DNA from: a virus
Virus record (IMG/VR): IMGVR_UViG_3300045988_090463
Location: 12,472 to 76,471 of that record
Length of the DNA: 64,000 nt
Reading direction: 5' to 3' (one strand)
The notes below the pieces were generated by a model, which had not been told where the DNA came from, did no database searches, and saw nothing but the letters and a program-made list of their open reading frames with translations. Below are positions 35,129-44,102 of this stretch, piece by piece. Position numbers and translations under genes: made by a program. How positions within the stretch are numbered: the first letter of the stretch is position 1; each line of letters begins with the position of its first letter.

Positions 35129-36616
35129 CTATTCTTCACCAGTGGAAGAAATTGTTGCTGATTGATTTTGAATTGATTTCTGACTAAAATCTTTAATCAA
35201 TTCTTGTGCTTTCTTCATTTCTGCGTCTGGGTTTGCCAGTTCGGGATAAACAGTTCCAAGATATGGTAAGCTCATTTCATATACCTTTTGCGGATCGCTG
35301 AATAATCCACAAGTAATCAATGCAATAAGCGGGTGAATTTTATTCTTGAACAGATAATCAAGTGCCTGTGCTTTAACAAGCATGTTATCTGTTGGGTTTC
35401 TGGTGATTTTGACATCAAAATCTCTGGTAGAAATCTTGACATCATTGGAGGTTTTGCGAATGATGTTGAGAATAATTCTGACAGAAGCTTTTTCGGCTTC
35501 TTTTGTGAATGCTTCAACAAGTTTGGCATCTCGCTCTGCAAAATCCCATCCATTACGTAAATATACAGCATTACCAGTATCACCACCGGTGTTGCTCTGG
35601 CGGTTTGGCATTGCTTCTACAATCAGCATATTATTGTAAATGTCGTCTTTAGCAACTTGGCTCTCCGACTGGTTTAATTCCGCAGTCATCAAGTCAACAT
35701 CTGACTGAACACCGTTTCCAGCATCTTTTACAGATATTGCTCCTAGCTTGACCATTTTCAAAAATTCATTCTCGTCAACTTCACAGTTTTTGAATTTCAT
35801 AAATGCTTGAACAAACTGTTCAACACCGTTTAATCTATCCGACTGATACTTGTTGATCGCATCAAATGCTGTAATTGCAATTTCGACATCAGATAGCCGG
35901 TCATGGTTGTTTGGATACTCGATAATTGGGATTCCGCCAAAGCCATTAATGCCGCTGACGGTTACTTGTCCGTTCTTTATCTTGAAATATTGATTTGAAG
36001 AATAGCAAAGATAATATTGCTGATTCTCTTCATCTTTCAATATTTGAACAGATAGCATTGCTTTTCCTGTGTTTCTGGAATAAACAATATAAACATCTCC
36101 CGGATACGGAATAAAAATTCTAAATGGTGGTAAATCACGGTCTTTTGTCCAATCGTCTTCTCGTAGAATTGCTTTGTATGCAGTTCCTACGGCACTCTGG
36201 TATATTCCAAGCTGAATATTTCGGGCATCCGCATTTGCTTCGTCCAGATAATCATTCAGCAGGTCGACCTGCTCATTTATCTTTTTATCTGCTTTTTTCT
36301 TTTTGCAGACATATTGAATAGGTTCTCCATATATTTGTCCTGCCTTAAACTTGACAACTTCCAGAGCGTGATTTTCGACAACTCTGTTATTTACTTCCGG
36401 TCTCACAAGCTTTTCCCGATATAAGATTGGTTGGTCGCCTTTGTAGTACCGATAAAGATAATTAATCATCATTCTGTTTCGATTATGTGTGCCAATCGTA
36501 TCAGATAGAACTTGAACAACATTTTCGGTAGTAATTTGAGCTACGCCAGTGTAGGCAGTTTTTCTGCCAAAATCGCCTTGGCATAGGTCAACAAAATTGC
36601 TTTTGTTTCTTCCCAC
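35129..36616 (-). CDS. portal protein
   Basis: 495 aa. GTG start 8 nt after AGGAGG. Lies between the terL region and the scaffold. Confidence 0.8.
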   Translation of the reverse strand: MGRNKSNFVDLCQGDFGRKTAYTGVAQITTENVVQVLSDTIGTHNRNRMMINYLYRYYKGDQPILYREKLVRPEVNNRVVENHALEVVKFKAGQIYGEPIQYVCKKKKADKKINEQVDLLNDYLDEANADARNIQLGIYQSAVGTAYKAILREDDWTKDRDLPPFRIFIPYPGDVYIVYSRNTGKAMLSVQILKDEENQQYYLCYSSNQYFKIKNGQVTVSGINGFGGIPIIEYPNNHDRLSDVEIAITAFDAINKYQSDRLNGVEQFVQAFMKFKNCEVDENEFLKMVKLGAISVKDAGNGVQSDVDLMTAELNQSESQVAKDDIYNNMLIVEAMPNRQSNTGGDTGNAVYLRNGWDFAERDAKLVEAFTKEAEKASVRIILNIIRKTSNDVKISTRDFDVKITRNPTDNMLVKAQALDYLFKNKIHPLIALITCGLFSDPQKVYEMSLPYLGTVYPELANPDAEMKKAQELIKDFSQKSIQNQSATISSTGEE

Positions 36617-36642
36617 TGCCTATACCTCCTATTTTTAGACAT

Positions 36643-36673
36643 GAAAAAAGCACCGAGTTTTCACCCGATGCTT
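36643..36673 (-). terminator. hairpin plus U-tract downstream of box C
   Basis: Minus sense AGCAUCGGG...CUCGGUGCU (two G:U pairs) followed by UUUUUU. Confidence 0.6.
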
Positions 36674-36691
36674 TATACATTTTCATCATAT

Positions 36692-36735
36692 ATTATACAT
36701 AATTGGAAAGTTATATTCAGTAAGAAAAGGTGTTA
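36692..36735 (-). promoter_or_regulatory. conserved late-region box C plus TGTATAAT
   Basis: The 26-nt box at 36710-36735 is identical to 24714-24739. It starts at the stop codon of the sigma-like gene. Confidence 0.5.
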
Positions 36736-37155
36736 ACTTTTGAAATTAAGCATTTCTTTTACGTAATTTACTGCTTTCCCGTGGAATTGTTTAATATATT
36801 CTTCATTGTATTCCATTTCATCTGCAATGACAGTTAGCTTTTTTCCCTCTACGTATCGTTTATACAAAAAATTATAATACTGGGGATTTTTTACAGACTC
36901 TATAATATCTATAAGTTTCTGTTTTTTCTCCATAAGCTCCACCACATTGTCAGCTAGTTCTCGCTGCGCATCCACCAATTTTGCAATTGTATCGCCTATT
37001 TTATCTTGGCTTCCAGAAGTCTGAACACGTTCAATGCCATACGTCGAAGCACTAATGCTAGTAGCAAGCAATTTCAAGTGTTCGATTTCTTCCAGTTTGT
37101 TATTTATAATTTTTTCGTATCGTTGAATTTGATTCAGATACTCCTTTATATCCAT
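36733..37155 (-). CDS. sigma-region-4 / ArpU-RinA-like putative late transcription regulator
   Basis: Start MDIKEY after GGAAGGAG. Coiled-coil N-terminus. C-terminus YKRYVEGKKLTVIADEMEYNEEYIKQFHGKAVNYV. Unusual position between terL and the portal gene. Confidence 0.5.
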   Translation of the reverse strand: MDIKEYLNQIQRYEKIINNKLEEIEHLKLLATSISASTYGIERVQTSGSQDKIGDTIAKLVDAQRELADNVVELMEKKQKLIDIIESVKNPQYYNFLYKRYVEGKKLTVIADEMEYNEEYIKQFHGKAVNYVKEMLNFKS

Positions 37156-37156
37156 G

Positions 37157-38851
37157 CTATCTCCTTCCCCACATAAAATTCTTAGTTGCTGTAACTTCTG
37201 CAAATCGTTTTTGAGTCAGAGTTATCATAAGTTGTGTAACACCATCTGGTGCATCGTCGTGATCGTTGTCGCCAATATACACAAAAGTGGTCAACTGTTC
37301 CATTGCTTTTGAATATTCCTTGTTTTGGTATTTAGGTGCCAGAAATATGAATCTTCTTTTAACATCTCCAGAGTACTGATTGATTTTTTCTTTTTTAGCT
37401 TGCTTTGATGGAGCTTTTGTGCTGGTAGTGCTACAAGCATATCCATGTTCTTTTAGTCTTCCGCTGACATAATAAGCATACATATCGCCACCATTGTTAG
37501 CTTCGAAATTGATAGATTGGATCTCATTTCCCATAATTCTTCCGACAACCAGTGGAAGTGTGACTTCCTTCGGACCTGTATTAAAAATCCAGTCATAAAT
37601 GTATACATCTCCGTTTTCAAATTCCGCACCAACCGGCATGGACAAACTATCACCACCGCCCCACGCAACGTCACAAGCAGATACGTTCTTTACAAATCCG
37701 CCCTCTGGAAGAATTCCATTGTAATATCTTAGTTCATCTTCTGCGAACATGATTCCTTCACGCAAGAATGGTTTCTGTTGATATTTAGCCTCCCATTCGT
37801 TAGCATCAAGTCTGGCTTTCATATCTACATAATACTTCGTAGAAAAACCAACTCCATAATCATATTCAAAGTTTGATTCACCATCGTCATTCAAGGCAGG
37901 AATCTTACGGAACCGATACAATGGATTATCTCGATTGAGTTTTTCAATTTTGCCTAATGGGTCGTACAGATTCCATCTTGTTCCAACCATCAACTCTCTT
38001 GCCCCATCAATTTTACGGTCAACCATTTTGTTCAGATACTCTTGATAGGTATTCTCCAAACGAGTAGGGCTTAAAGAATGTTGCCTGTCTCGAACAAGGT
38101 CATCTACATACAAATATCCATCAGACGAAATATCAACAGCACCCGTCCATGTTCCCTCGATACCGCGACAAGTCATTGTGGCGAATCGGTCTGGCTTGTC
38201 CAAATTTATCTCAAAATCATCGGCACTTTGCTTTTGCAATTTTGATTTTGGAAATATCTCACTGTAAGTGTATTCTTGTGTGCTTATGAGATTCAGAAGC
38301 TCACCATAGAAACCCTTGGCCAGTTTTCCAGAGTGACCGCCCATTGCATTGTGGCTGTTTGGTCGTCTTCCCATTATCCACGACATAAAAAATATGCACA
38401 TAGTACTCTTACCAACACGACTTGGTAACGATAGACCGTAAAATTCAATTATCCTATCTTCCAAATCCTGTAAATCTTGAGCGACTACTTGGAGTGTTTT
38501 CTTTCTTGGGATATAAAACTTTTTGCTGTCCGGTCTATTCTTCTCCATGTATAACAAATAACTCTCGAACGCCCATGGGGCTTCCAACAATAAATACTGC
38601 CAGTAAATATCATCAAAATTACCGCTTCCAGTCAGTGCCGCGTTTCTTGCCGCAGTTGTATGAGCGTATCGACTGACTTTCATTGCCATATTCCGTGCAT
38701 CTGGATTATCCTTGAAAGGAAGGTCAATATTCATATTTAAAAGTAAATCAAGGCAGTCTTTCTGGTTTTGATAGACCGTCATATCGCCATTAATGATTTG
38801 ATTTAAAATTGCCCGATACCATTCAAGCGAGCCTTCTGTGAATTTTTGCAT
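37157..38851 (-). CDS. terL: terminase large subunit
   Basis: 564 aa. Walker A PSRVGKST. Acidic nuclease-domain motifs. Lies upstream of the portal gene. Confidence 0.85.
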   Translation of the reverse strand: MQKFTEGSLEWYRAILNQIINGDMTVYQNQKDCLDLLLNMNIDLPFKDNPDARNMAMKVSRYAHTTAARNAALTGSGNFDDIYWQYLLLEAPWAFESYLLYMEKNRPDSKKFYIPRKKTLQVVAQDLQDLEDRIIEFYGLSLPSRVGKSTMCIFFMSWIMGRRPNSHNAMGGHSGKLAKGFYGELLNLISTQEYTYSEIFPKSKLQKQSADDFEINLDKPDRFATMTCRGIEGTWTGAVDISSDGYLYVDDLVRDRQHSLSPTRLENTYQEYLNKMVDRKIDGARELMVGTRWNLYDPLGKIEKLNRDNPLYRFRKIPALNDDGESNFEYDYGVGFSTKYYVDMKARLDANEWEAKYQQKPFLREGIMFAEDELRYYNGILPEGGFVKNVSACDVAWGGGDSLSMPVGAEFENGDVYIYDWIFNTGPKEVTLPLVVGRIMGNEIQSINFEANNGGDMYAYYVSGRLKEHGYACSTTSTKAPSKQAKKEKINQYSGDVKRRFIFLAPKYQNKEYSKAMEQLTTFVYIGDNDHDDAPDGVTQLMITLTQKRFAEVTATKNFMWGRR

Positions 38852-38898
38852 AAAAATAGAGCCAGACCTCCTTTCTTTTTAGGATTTAGTCTGGCTCT
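38852..38898 (-). terminator. 10-bp hairpin plus AUUUUU ending at the terL start codon
   Basis: AGAGCCAGAC / GTCTGGCTCT. The only SD (GGAGG) lies in the loop, 15 nt from the ATG. Confidence 0.55.
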
Positions 38899-38925
38899 CA
38901 TGTGGCTCTTTGACTGATTTATTTA

Positions 38926-39879
38926 TTATTCAGCATTCTCATCGGCTGTCATATCTCTTGTATCTACGATGGTAGGAGTGTTACTTCCCTGAATCTTCGG
39001 AACTTCACCATTCCATTTATCAATTTTCTGTTTTTCAATCAGTTCAGGAGTAAGTGATTCTGCAATTTTTCTATTTGCTTCCGCTTCGGCTTCAGCTTTA
39101 ATCTTAATAGCTTCAGATTTGCCTTCTGCATCAATTTTGGCTTGTTCTGCCTGAATAGCTGCTTTTTCTTTTTCCTGTTCAGCAGCAATCAGTGCAACTT
39201 CTTTATCTTTATCGGCTTGTACTTTGGCTGTTTTAGCTTCAATATTGGCCAATTCAAGCTCTTGCTGTGCATTTACTTTCTTTTGGATTGCAGCTTGTGT
39301 TTCATCATCAGTGGAAATAGAAGTAAAGTTTACTGTATCAATAATGATTCCGTATGGTTCAAACTTCCGTTTAAGATATTCGTCAAGTGCTTCATTCAGT
39401 TCCTGACGCTTATCACCGAAAACATCTGTTACTGGATACTTCGCAGTTACTTCCTGCGTCCAGGCTTTCATTTTCGGCTTGATAAAAGTATTTTTTACAG
39501 ATTCCCCAGATTGACCTTTGAACTGAGTAAATACATCAGTTACTCTACTCTGATCGAATTTATACGAAAATTCCAAATCAACTAAAAGAGATTTGCCATC
39601 TGCCGTTGGTGTCTTGAAACTTTCGTCTTTTGGAGAATCGCCTTTATCTTCCGATGTAAGATAAGATTGTTCGATTCCAACAGAATACAGTGAAGTTTTT
39701 ACTGTAGGTGAAATCAAATGCCATCCCTGCGTAAGTACGTTATTGGAGATTCCCCCGTTCATTTTGTACTCGACCGCAATGTAACCGGCTGGAACCTTTA
39801 CACTACACTTTGCAACGCATATAAGTCCTGCAATGATCACAACAGCTAATCCAATTCCACCTAAAAGTCCTTTTTTCAT
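38926..39879 (-). CDS. SPFH / band-7 (prohibitin-stomatin) family membrane protein
   Basis: N-terminal TM segment, an SPFH core, and an A/E/K-rich coiled-coil tail. Confidence 0.75.
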   Translation of the reverse strand: MKKGLLGGIGLAVVIIAGLICVAKCSVKVPAGYIAVEYKMNGGISNNVLTQGWHLISPTVKTSLYSVGIEQSYLTSEDKGDSPKDESFKTPTADGKSLLVDLEFSYKFDQSRVTDVFTQFKGQSGESVKNTFIKPKMKAWTQEVTAKYPVTDVFGDKRQELNEALDEYLKRKFEPYGIIIDTVNFTSISTDDETQAAIQKKVNAQQELELANIEAKTAKVQADKDKEVALIAAEQEKEKAAIQAEQAKIDAEGKSEAIKIKAEAEAEANRKIAESLTPELIEKQKIDKWNGEVPKIQGSNTPTIVDTRDMTADENAE

Positions 39880-40040
39880 TCTTTGTCCTCCTCATTTTGA
39901 CTTTCATCTTTATTTAGCTCATCAATAGCATTTCTGCCAATGTGATTCAATAATTTACCTAGCGGTTGAAATAATTTGTAAAGTAGAAACCATACTGCTA
40001 CTGCTCCACATATCACTAGAAATATAAATACTGGATTCAT
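39876..40040 (-). CDS. small TM protein coupled to the SPFH gene
   Basis: Product MNPVFIFLVICGAVAVWFLLYKLF. ATGA overlaps on both sides. Confidence 0.45.
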   Translation of the reverse strand: MNPVFIFLVICGAVAVWFLLYKLFQPLGKLLNHIGRNAIDELNKDESQNEEDKE

Positions 40041-40627
40041 AAATTCCCCTTTACTGGCCATTCAAAGCCAAAATCTGAACGTTTGATTTTGCATTGTGGG
40101 CTTCCGTCTTTCCAGAAAACTAATCCTTCTATCTCGTGTTCAGAAAGATATTTCTTGATTCCCTCGAATGTTCTTTCGACTTCAACGATTTCTTTGCCGT
40201 GTTTTATCAAGGCATCGTAATCATCATTATACGGATTGCCATGAAAATGTTTTCCGTAAGCTTCATATGTGCCATCCGGCAATTTAAGACCTTGATTTGT
40301 CCACATTGAAGTTACATAATATGCTTCTACAAACCACTTATCAGACGGATTATTCTCATCAACCTTTACCCATCCCGGCCAATGACCTGTAATGGAATCT
40401 GGCTCACAACAAGGGATAAATCCCTCTGGTGGTATTTTACCTTTCTTGCAGTCGTATCGTTTATAAAATTTTCCGTCAATTACTGCACAACAAGAGCCGT
40501 CATATTTAACTGTTGCAATTCCTTCTTCTTCAAGCACCCATTCCATACCTGGATGCACTTTTGGAAGAACCTTTACAACCTTATGGTCTTTAAATTCTCG
40601 CTCAAATAATGTTGGTATCTTTTTCAT
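40037..40627 (-). CDS. minimal ATP-dependent RNA/DNA ligase-like nucleotidyltransferase
   Basis: Motif I VKYDGS, motif IV EGLVFW, motif V CKIKRSDF. 196 aa with no OB domain. Confidence 0.6.
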   Translation of the reverse strand: MKKIPTLFEREFKDHKVVKVLPKVHPGMEWVLEEEGIATVKYDGSCCAVIDGKFYKRYDCKKGKIPPEGFIPCCEPDSITGHWPGWVKVDENNPSDKWFVEAYYVTSMWTNQGLKLPDGTYEAYGKHFHGNPYNDDYDALIKHGKEIVEVERTFEGIKKYLSEHEIEGLVFWKDGSPQCKIKRSDFGFEWPVKGNL

Positions 40628-40631
40628 TTAC

Positions 40632-40952
40632 TCACCTCACAATACTTCTAAGTGAATCCCACCACTCATCTTTTTCTTCTATATCTTCTTCTCGTTTATA
40701 TTGAATTTTTATTTTATATAGTCCAGAATCAGATACGTGTGGCTCAACATGTAAGAATTTGAATTTCTTTTTAAGATATCCTATTTCAAAAACACATTCT
40801 TTTGGAAAAACAGTATAAAGTGTGACAAATTCTACAAAAATAATTCTCTTATCTTTTTCATGGTACACATCAATATTTGCCAACGCATCGACAACTTTTT
40901 TGTCTTTAGCAAAAATCTTTATTGGAAAATTTACTACAAAATATTTGCTCAT
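40632..40952 (-). CDS. hypothetical protein (106 aa)
   Basis: ORF with an SD, in the operon. Confidence 0.45.
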   Translation of the reverse strand: MSKYFVVNFPIKIFAKDKKVVDALANIDVYHEKDKRIIFVEFVTLYTVFPKECVFEIGYLKKKFKFLHVEPHVSDSGLYKIKIQYKREEDIEEKDEWWDSLRSIVR

Positions 40953-40961
40953 ACATTAACC

Positions 40962-41138
40962 TCAATCTGGAATACCTAATTGTTTGTAAGTAAATACCGC
41001 TGTATATTTCTTTCCGCATTTGCAGCAAGTTTCTGTAATAGTGCAAGTTTTTTCTTTGTCATTGCATTTTGATTCTGTATCCGAACTTTTGAACTTGCAT
41101 CCACCTGTCAGAATACATTTAATCTGTTTTGTGTTCAT
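40962..41138 (-). CDS. small Cys-rich protein
   Basis: Start MNTKQIKC after AAGGAG. Confidence 0.4.
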   Translation of the reverse strand: MNTKQIKCILTGGCKFKSSDTESKCNDKEKTCTITETCCKCGKKYTAVFTYKQLGIPD

Positions 41139-41379
41139 CTTGTTCTCCTTGCAAAACTTTTCTGATGCAATCCTCAACAAGTATAAAGTCTTTATATGAC
41201 ATACGCATCTCGCAATTGTAAAAATGCTTTCCAATTTCATTTACAATTAATTTATAAATTCTAAACTTGGTTTCTTCCGAAAGTTCGTCAAGTTCCACAG
41301 GTTTAGTCTTTTGAAGTTCTTCCGCATCGCTGCCGTCTGTTTCAATTTTTGAACACGCGCAATCATAACAAGTACTCAT
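41119..41379 (-). CDS. hypothetical protein (86 aa)
   Basis: ORF in the operon. Confidence 0.4.
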   Translation of the reverse strand: MSTCYDCACSKIETDGSDAEELQKTKPVELDELSEETKFRIYKLIVNEIGKHFYNCEMRMSYKDFILVEDCIRKVLQGEQDEHKTD

Positions 41380-41609
41380 ACATTCACCTCAAACTCTTTC
41401 TTGCAGTTGCTACCCTTGCATTTCAATTTAAGATGCCGAATTTTTGTCTCTGGGCTAATTAGAAGTGCTTTCTTCTCGCAAAAAGGACAACAATACCACA
41501 GTTTGCCATTGATATTCTTTATTAATGCCCGTCCGTCCCACGGCTCAGGTGGATTCATTGCCTGAGAGAAATCTATTCCCTCTGATTCAAATGCTGATTT
41601 GATGCTCAC
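41376..41609 (-). CDS. zinc-ribbon protein (Mu Com-like pattern)
   Basis: CCPFC...LKCKGSNCKKEFEV. Confidence 0.4.
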   Translation of the reverse strand: MSIKSAFESEGIDFSQAMNPPEPWDGRALIKNINGKLWYCCPFCEKKALLISPETKIRHLKLKCKGSNCKKEFEVNV

Positions 41610-41878
41610 TTAAATCTCCTATTCTTTTTATGCTTAATGCCTTTACGTTTCCGTTTAAGATAAATTCTCATTTTACTTCTTACGTTCTTGCTGAATTGAT
41701 TGTTGAATTTTCTTTTTCTCTTTCTTCCGGCAATCTGTCTTATTTTGTGCTTTCCATGCATTTTAAGATAATTGTTGTTATACGAAGCAATGCATGTTTT
41801 AAACGCTCCTGAAGAAAAATATAGGATTTGAGCGACTCCTATCCAAGGGCTGCTAAGTAAATATGCATTATCTTTCAT
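41606..41878 (-). CDS. basic protein with an NNYLKMHG...AGRKRKRK tail
   Basis: Shares its C-terminal motif with the upstream paralog. Confidence 0.4.
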   Translation of the reverse strand: MKDNAYLLSSPWIGVAQILYFSSGAFKTCIASYNNNYLKMHGKHKIRQIAGRKRKRKFNNQFSKNVRSKMRIYLKRKRKGIKHKKNRRFK

Positions 41879-42302
41879 GCTTCCTCACTCCTTTGCGTCC
41901 TGCAACTCTGCGTGCTACAGGTATTCCATGCATTCTCAGATAATTATTTGATACGTCATATTCTCCATTGGCTTCAATCCCGTAAATCAATGTCTTGTTT
42001 TGTTCCACATCATAGAACGGTTCTTCCAATATTAGTTTTTTGGTTGTTACTTTCACGCAACCATTTTTATATCGTAAAGCATCAACAAGCATCTGTTCGT
42101 TCGATTGTTGCGTAAATTCATTATTAAAAAAAGCTCTCTGTTTGCATATAATATGTGCAGCACCAGAAAAAGATAGTCCTTTTTTCGACAGTCTTTTAAT
42201 TGTTTCAATTCTTCCTCTTGTGCAAATCGGAAACTCCCATTTATTAAGCGAAACCGATTCTTTGATTTTTATCACTCCATCTTTTGTCTTAAACTCTTCC
42301 AT
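41868..42302 (-). CDS. hypothetical protein with an NNYLRMHG...AGRKGVRK tail
   Basis: 144 aa. Shares the paralogous motif. Confidence 0.45.
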   Translation of the reverse strand: MEEFKTKDGVIKIKESVSLNKWEFPICTRGRIETIKRLSKKGLSFSGAAHIICKQRAFFNNEFTQQSNEQMLVDALRYKNGCVKVTTKKLILEEPFYDVEQNKTLIYGIEANGEYDVSNNYLRMHGIPVARRVAGRKGVRKHER

Positions 42303-42436
42303 ATCATCTCACCCCATGAACCTTTCTTAGATTTGCATATCGGTCAACTATTACGTCCAATGCTGTTTGAAGCTGATTGATTGTGATGCAATCGGACTGA
42401 TGCTGATCACTGTACCATTGTTTACTGTGCTCCGTA

Positions 42437-42628
42437 TCAGATTAGAGAAGATATCAGTGGCAATTGCGTATCCCAAACGCCTTTTATAACTTCTCTGGTT
42501 TGCAACTCATTTGTATATGCCATAACAATCGAATTGGCTTTTTCGAGTTTTTTTTCGAGTTCTTTGTTTTTGACTGCAAGTCTTTTATTTTCCTTTTCCA
42601 ATTCCAAAATTGTTTTGTTTTTCAACAC
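42437..42628 (-). CDS. small coiled-coil protein
   Basis: 63-aa ORF. Confidence 0.35.
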   Translation of the reverse strand: MLKNKTILELEKENKRLAVKNKELEKKLEKANSIVMAYTNELQTREVIKGVWDTQLPLISSLI

Positions 42629-42650
42629 CGTTCACCTGAAATTCATTCCA

Positions 42651-42917
42651 CTAAAATTTTGTAAACATTTCCATATCGTAATTGTTACGGATATAATCTA
42701 CACAGTCGCACAGTTTCTTACGCAAAACTAAATCTTCTGCGATATCTGGATGAATCACATACAGTAAACAACTTCCCTTTTTTCCGTCCTCTTGAAACTT
42801 CTTCCAGTCAAACATCATTGTGAACAATGGAATCCTCGTGAGATTTTTTGTCTTGTGTTTTATGTAAAGATTGCAGAGTTTCTTAATCATGGTATCTTCT
42901 CCTATCTTGTAGACCAC
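42651..42917 (-). CDS. hypothetical protein (88 aa)
   Basis: ORF in the operon. Confidence 0.4.
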   Translation of the reverse strand: MVYKIGEDTMIKKLCNLYIKHKTKNLTRIPLFTMMFDWKKFQEDGKKGSCLLYVIHPDIAEDLVLRKKLCDCVDYIRNNYDMEMFTKF

Positions 42918-43111
42918 GTAACTATTTTATTCTTGCACTGTGGGCATATGATATATTTCTGCTTACGTCCACGTTCAGATGGCATATTTGTAGAAAGCAT
43001 CTTTTCTATGCATTCTTCTTTAACATCTTCTTTTTCATCGTACTGCAACACTGCTCCGCATTTTCCGCAATTTATTCTTTTTAATGTTCCGGGAACTAAA
43101 ATTTTAATCAT
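42902..43111 (-). CDS. zinc-ribbon protein
   Basis: CGKC ... CPQC. Confidence 0.45.
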   Translation of the reverse strand: MIKILVPGTLKRINCGKCGAVLQYDEKEDVKEECIEKMLSTNMPSERGRKQKYIICPQCKNKIVTWSTR

Positions 43112-43117
43112 TTTATA

Positions 43118-43402
43118 TCACCATATTCCTCTATCATTATCTAATTCTCCAAGAATGTTAGGTTGACAATCTTTTTTGTCAAGTAATGTGACCTTTGCGT
43201 TATAAATCGTCTTAATCCTATCAGATTCGAGAAAAAATTCACTATTAAATTCAGTTTTGCAGTTTGTACAAATCCATTCTGCATCAGTTCTCAAACCTGC
43301 AGCATCTACGTCGCCACCAAAGATATCCGCTCCTGTATTGATTACTACTCCTCCGCAAAATGGACATTTACGTTTGTCTCGTAACGATAAATTATTTTCC
43401 AT
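43118..43402 (-). CDS. zinc-ribbon protein
   Basis: CPFCGG ... CTNC. Confidence 0.45.
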   Translation of the reverse strand: MENNLSLRDKRKCPFCGGVVINTGADIFGGDVDAAGLRTDAEWICTNCKTEFNSEFFLESDRIKTIYNAKVTLLDKKDCQPNILGELDNDRGIW

Positions 43403-43406
43403 AATT

Positions 43407-43574
43407 TTATTTTTCCTTGCCCTCCCTGTGCTTTATCTGACACTTGATCATCTTTGCTATATTCTCACGTTCCTGTTTTATTCCATGTCCCTGTCGAAAC
43501 AACTCGCATTCGAGAATATTTCCGCACTTGGAACATTCATCGTTGATTTCTTTGCCTGCTATTCGCATTTCCAT
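43407..43574 (-). CDS. small Cys-containing protein (55 aa)
   Basis: Own translation MEMRIAGKEINDECSKCGN.... Below the ORF-track cutoff. Confidence 0.3.
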   Translation of the reverse strand: MEMRIAGKEINDECSKCGNILECELFRQGHGIKQERENIAKMIKCQIKHREGKEK

Positions 43575-43834
43575 CCATCCTGTACCATTTTAGGCTTGTA
43601 TATTTTCTCGGTGTATCCCTCGCCGTTACATAAGTCGCAAGTAACTTCTATTTCTTTGTAATCATCGCAACACTCCCAGTATTGTGCACGATTTACTCTT
43701 TTGATAGTAGTTCCACTTCCGCCGCACTTCGGGCATCTATGAATTTTATTTCCTTGTATTAGACTTACAAGACCATTAAGAGTCGTTTCTCCACCGTATA
43801 CATTTCTCAGACGTATCGCTTCATGAATTTTCAT
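43559..43834 (-). CDS. DnaJ-type zinc-finger protein
   Basis: CPKCGGSG ... CDLCNGEG. Confidence 0.45.
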   Translation of the reverse strand: MKIHEAIRLRNVYGGETTLNGLVSLIQGNKIHRCPKCGGSGTTIKRVNRAQYWECCDDYKEIEVTCDLCNGEGYTEKIYKPKMVQDGWKCE

Positions 43835-43967
43835 TATTTACACCCTCCCAACATTCACAACTATCATCAAGACATCTAAAGTCTGCACAATATTCACTGT
43901 CACCATTGAAACAAACCCATGTGAAGTCATCATGTCTTCTGCAATTCTTACAACATTTTTCTTCCAT
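43821..43967 (-). CDS. small Cys-rich protein (48 aa)
   Basis: Own translation MEEKCCKNCRRHDDFTWVCFNGDSEYCADFRC.... Confidence 0.3.
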   Translation of the reverse strand: MEEKCCKNCRRHDDFTWVCFNGDSEYCADFRCLDDSCECWEGVNNENS

Positions 43968-43989
43968 AAGCCACATCCTTAAACAAAAA

Positions 43990-44042
43990 TTCCAGTACAC
44001 GGACTTGAACCGTAACTAGCCACCCAACGTGGAGTACTGGAA
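43990..44042 (-). ncRNA. tRNA-like element lacking an anticodon arm
   Basis: 8-bp acceptor TTCCAGTA/TACTGGAA, a CCAC-GTTGG-GTGG arm and a T-arm TACGG-TTCAAGT-CCGTG. Only 53 nt. Confidence 0.3.
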
Positions 44043-44079
44043 ACCATTCATAGAAAGGTAAGATAAAAATGAAATCCTT

Positions 44080-44100
44080 CCAATGATTGCAGTTCATTGG
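44080..44100 (-). ncRNA. free anticodon-stem-loop-like hairpin (7-bp stem, loop ACUGCAA)
   Basis: CCAATGA-ACTGCAA-TCATTGG, 2 nt after the tRNA-Ser 3' end. Confidence 0.3.
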
Positions 44101-44102
44101 AA

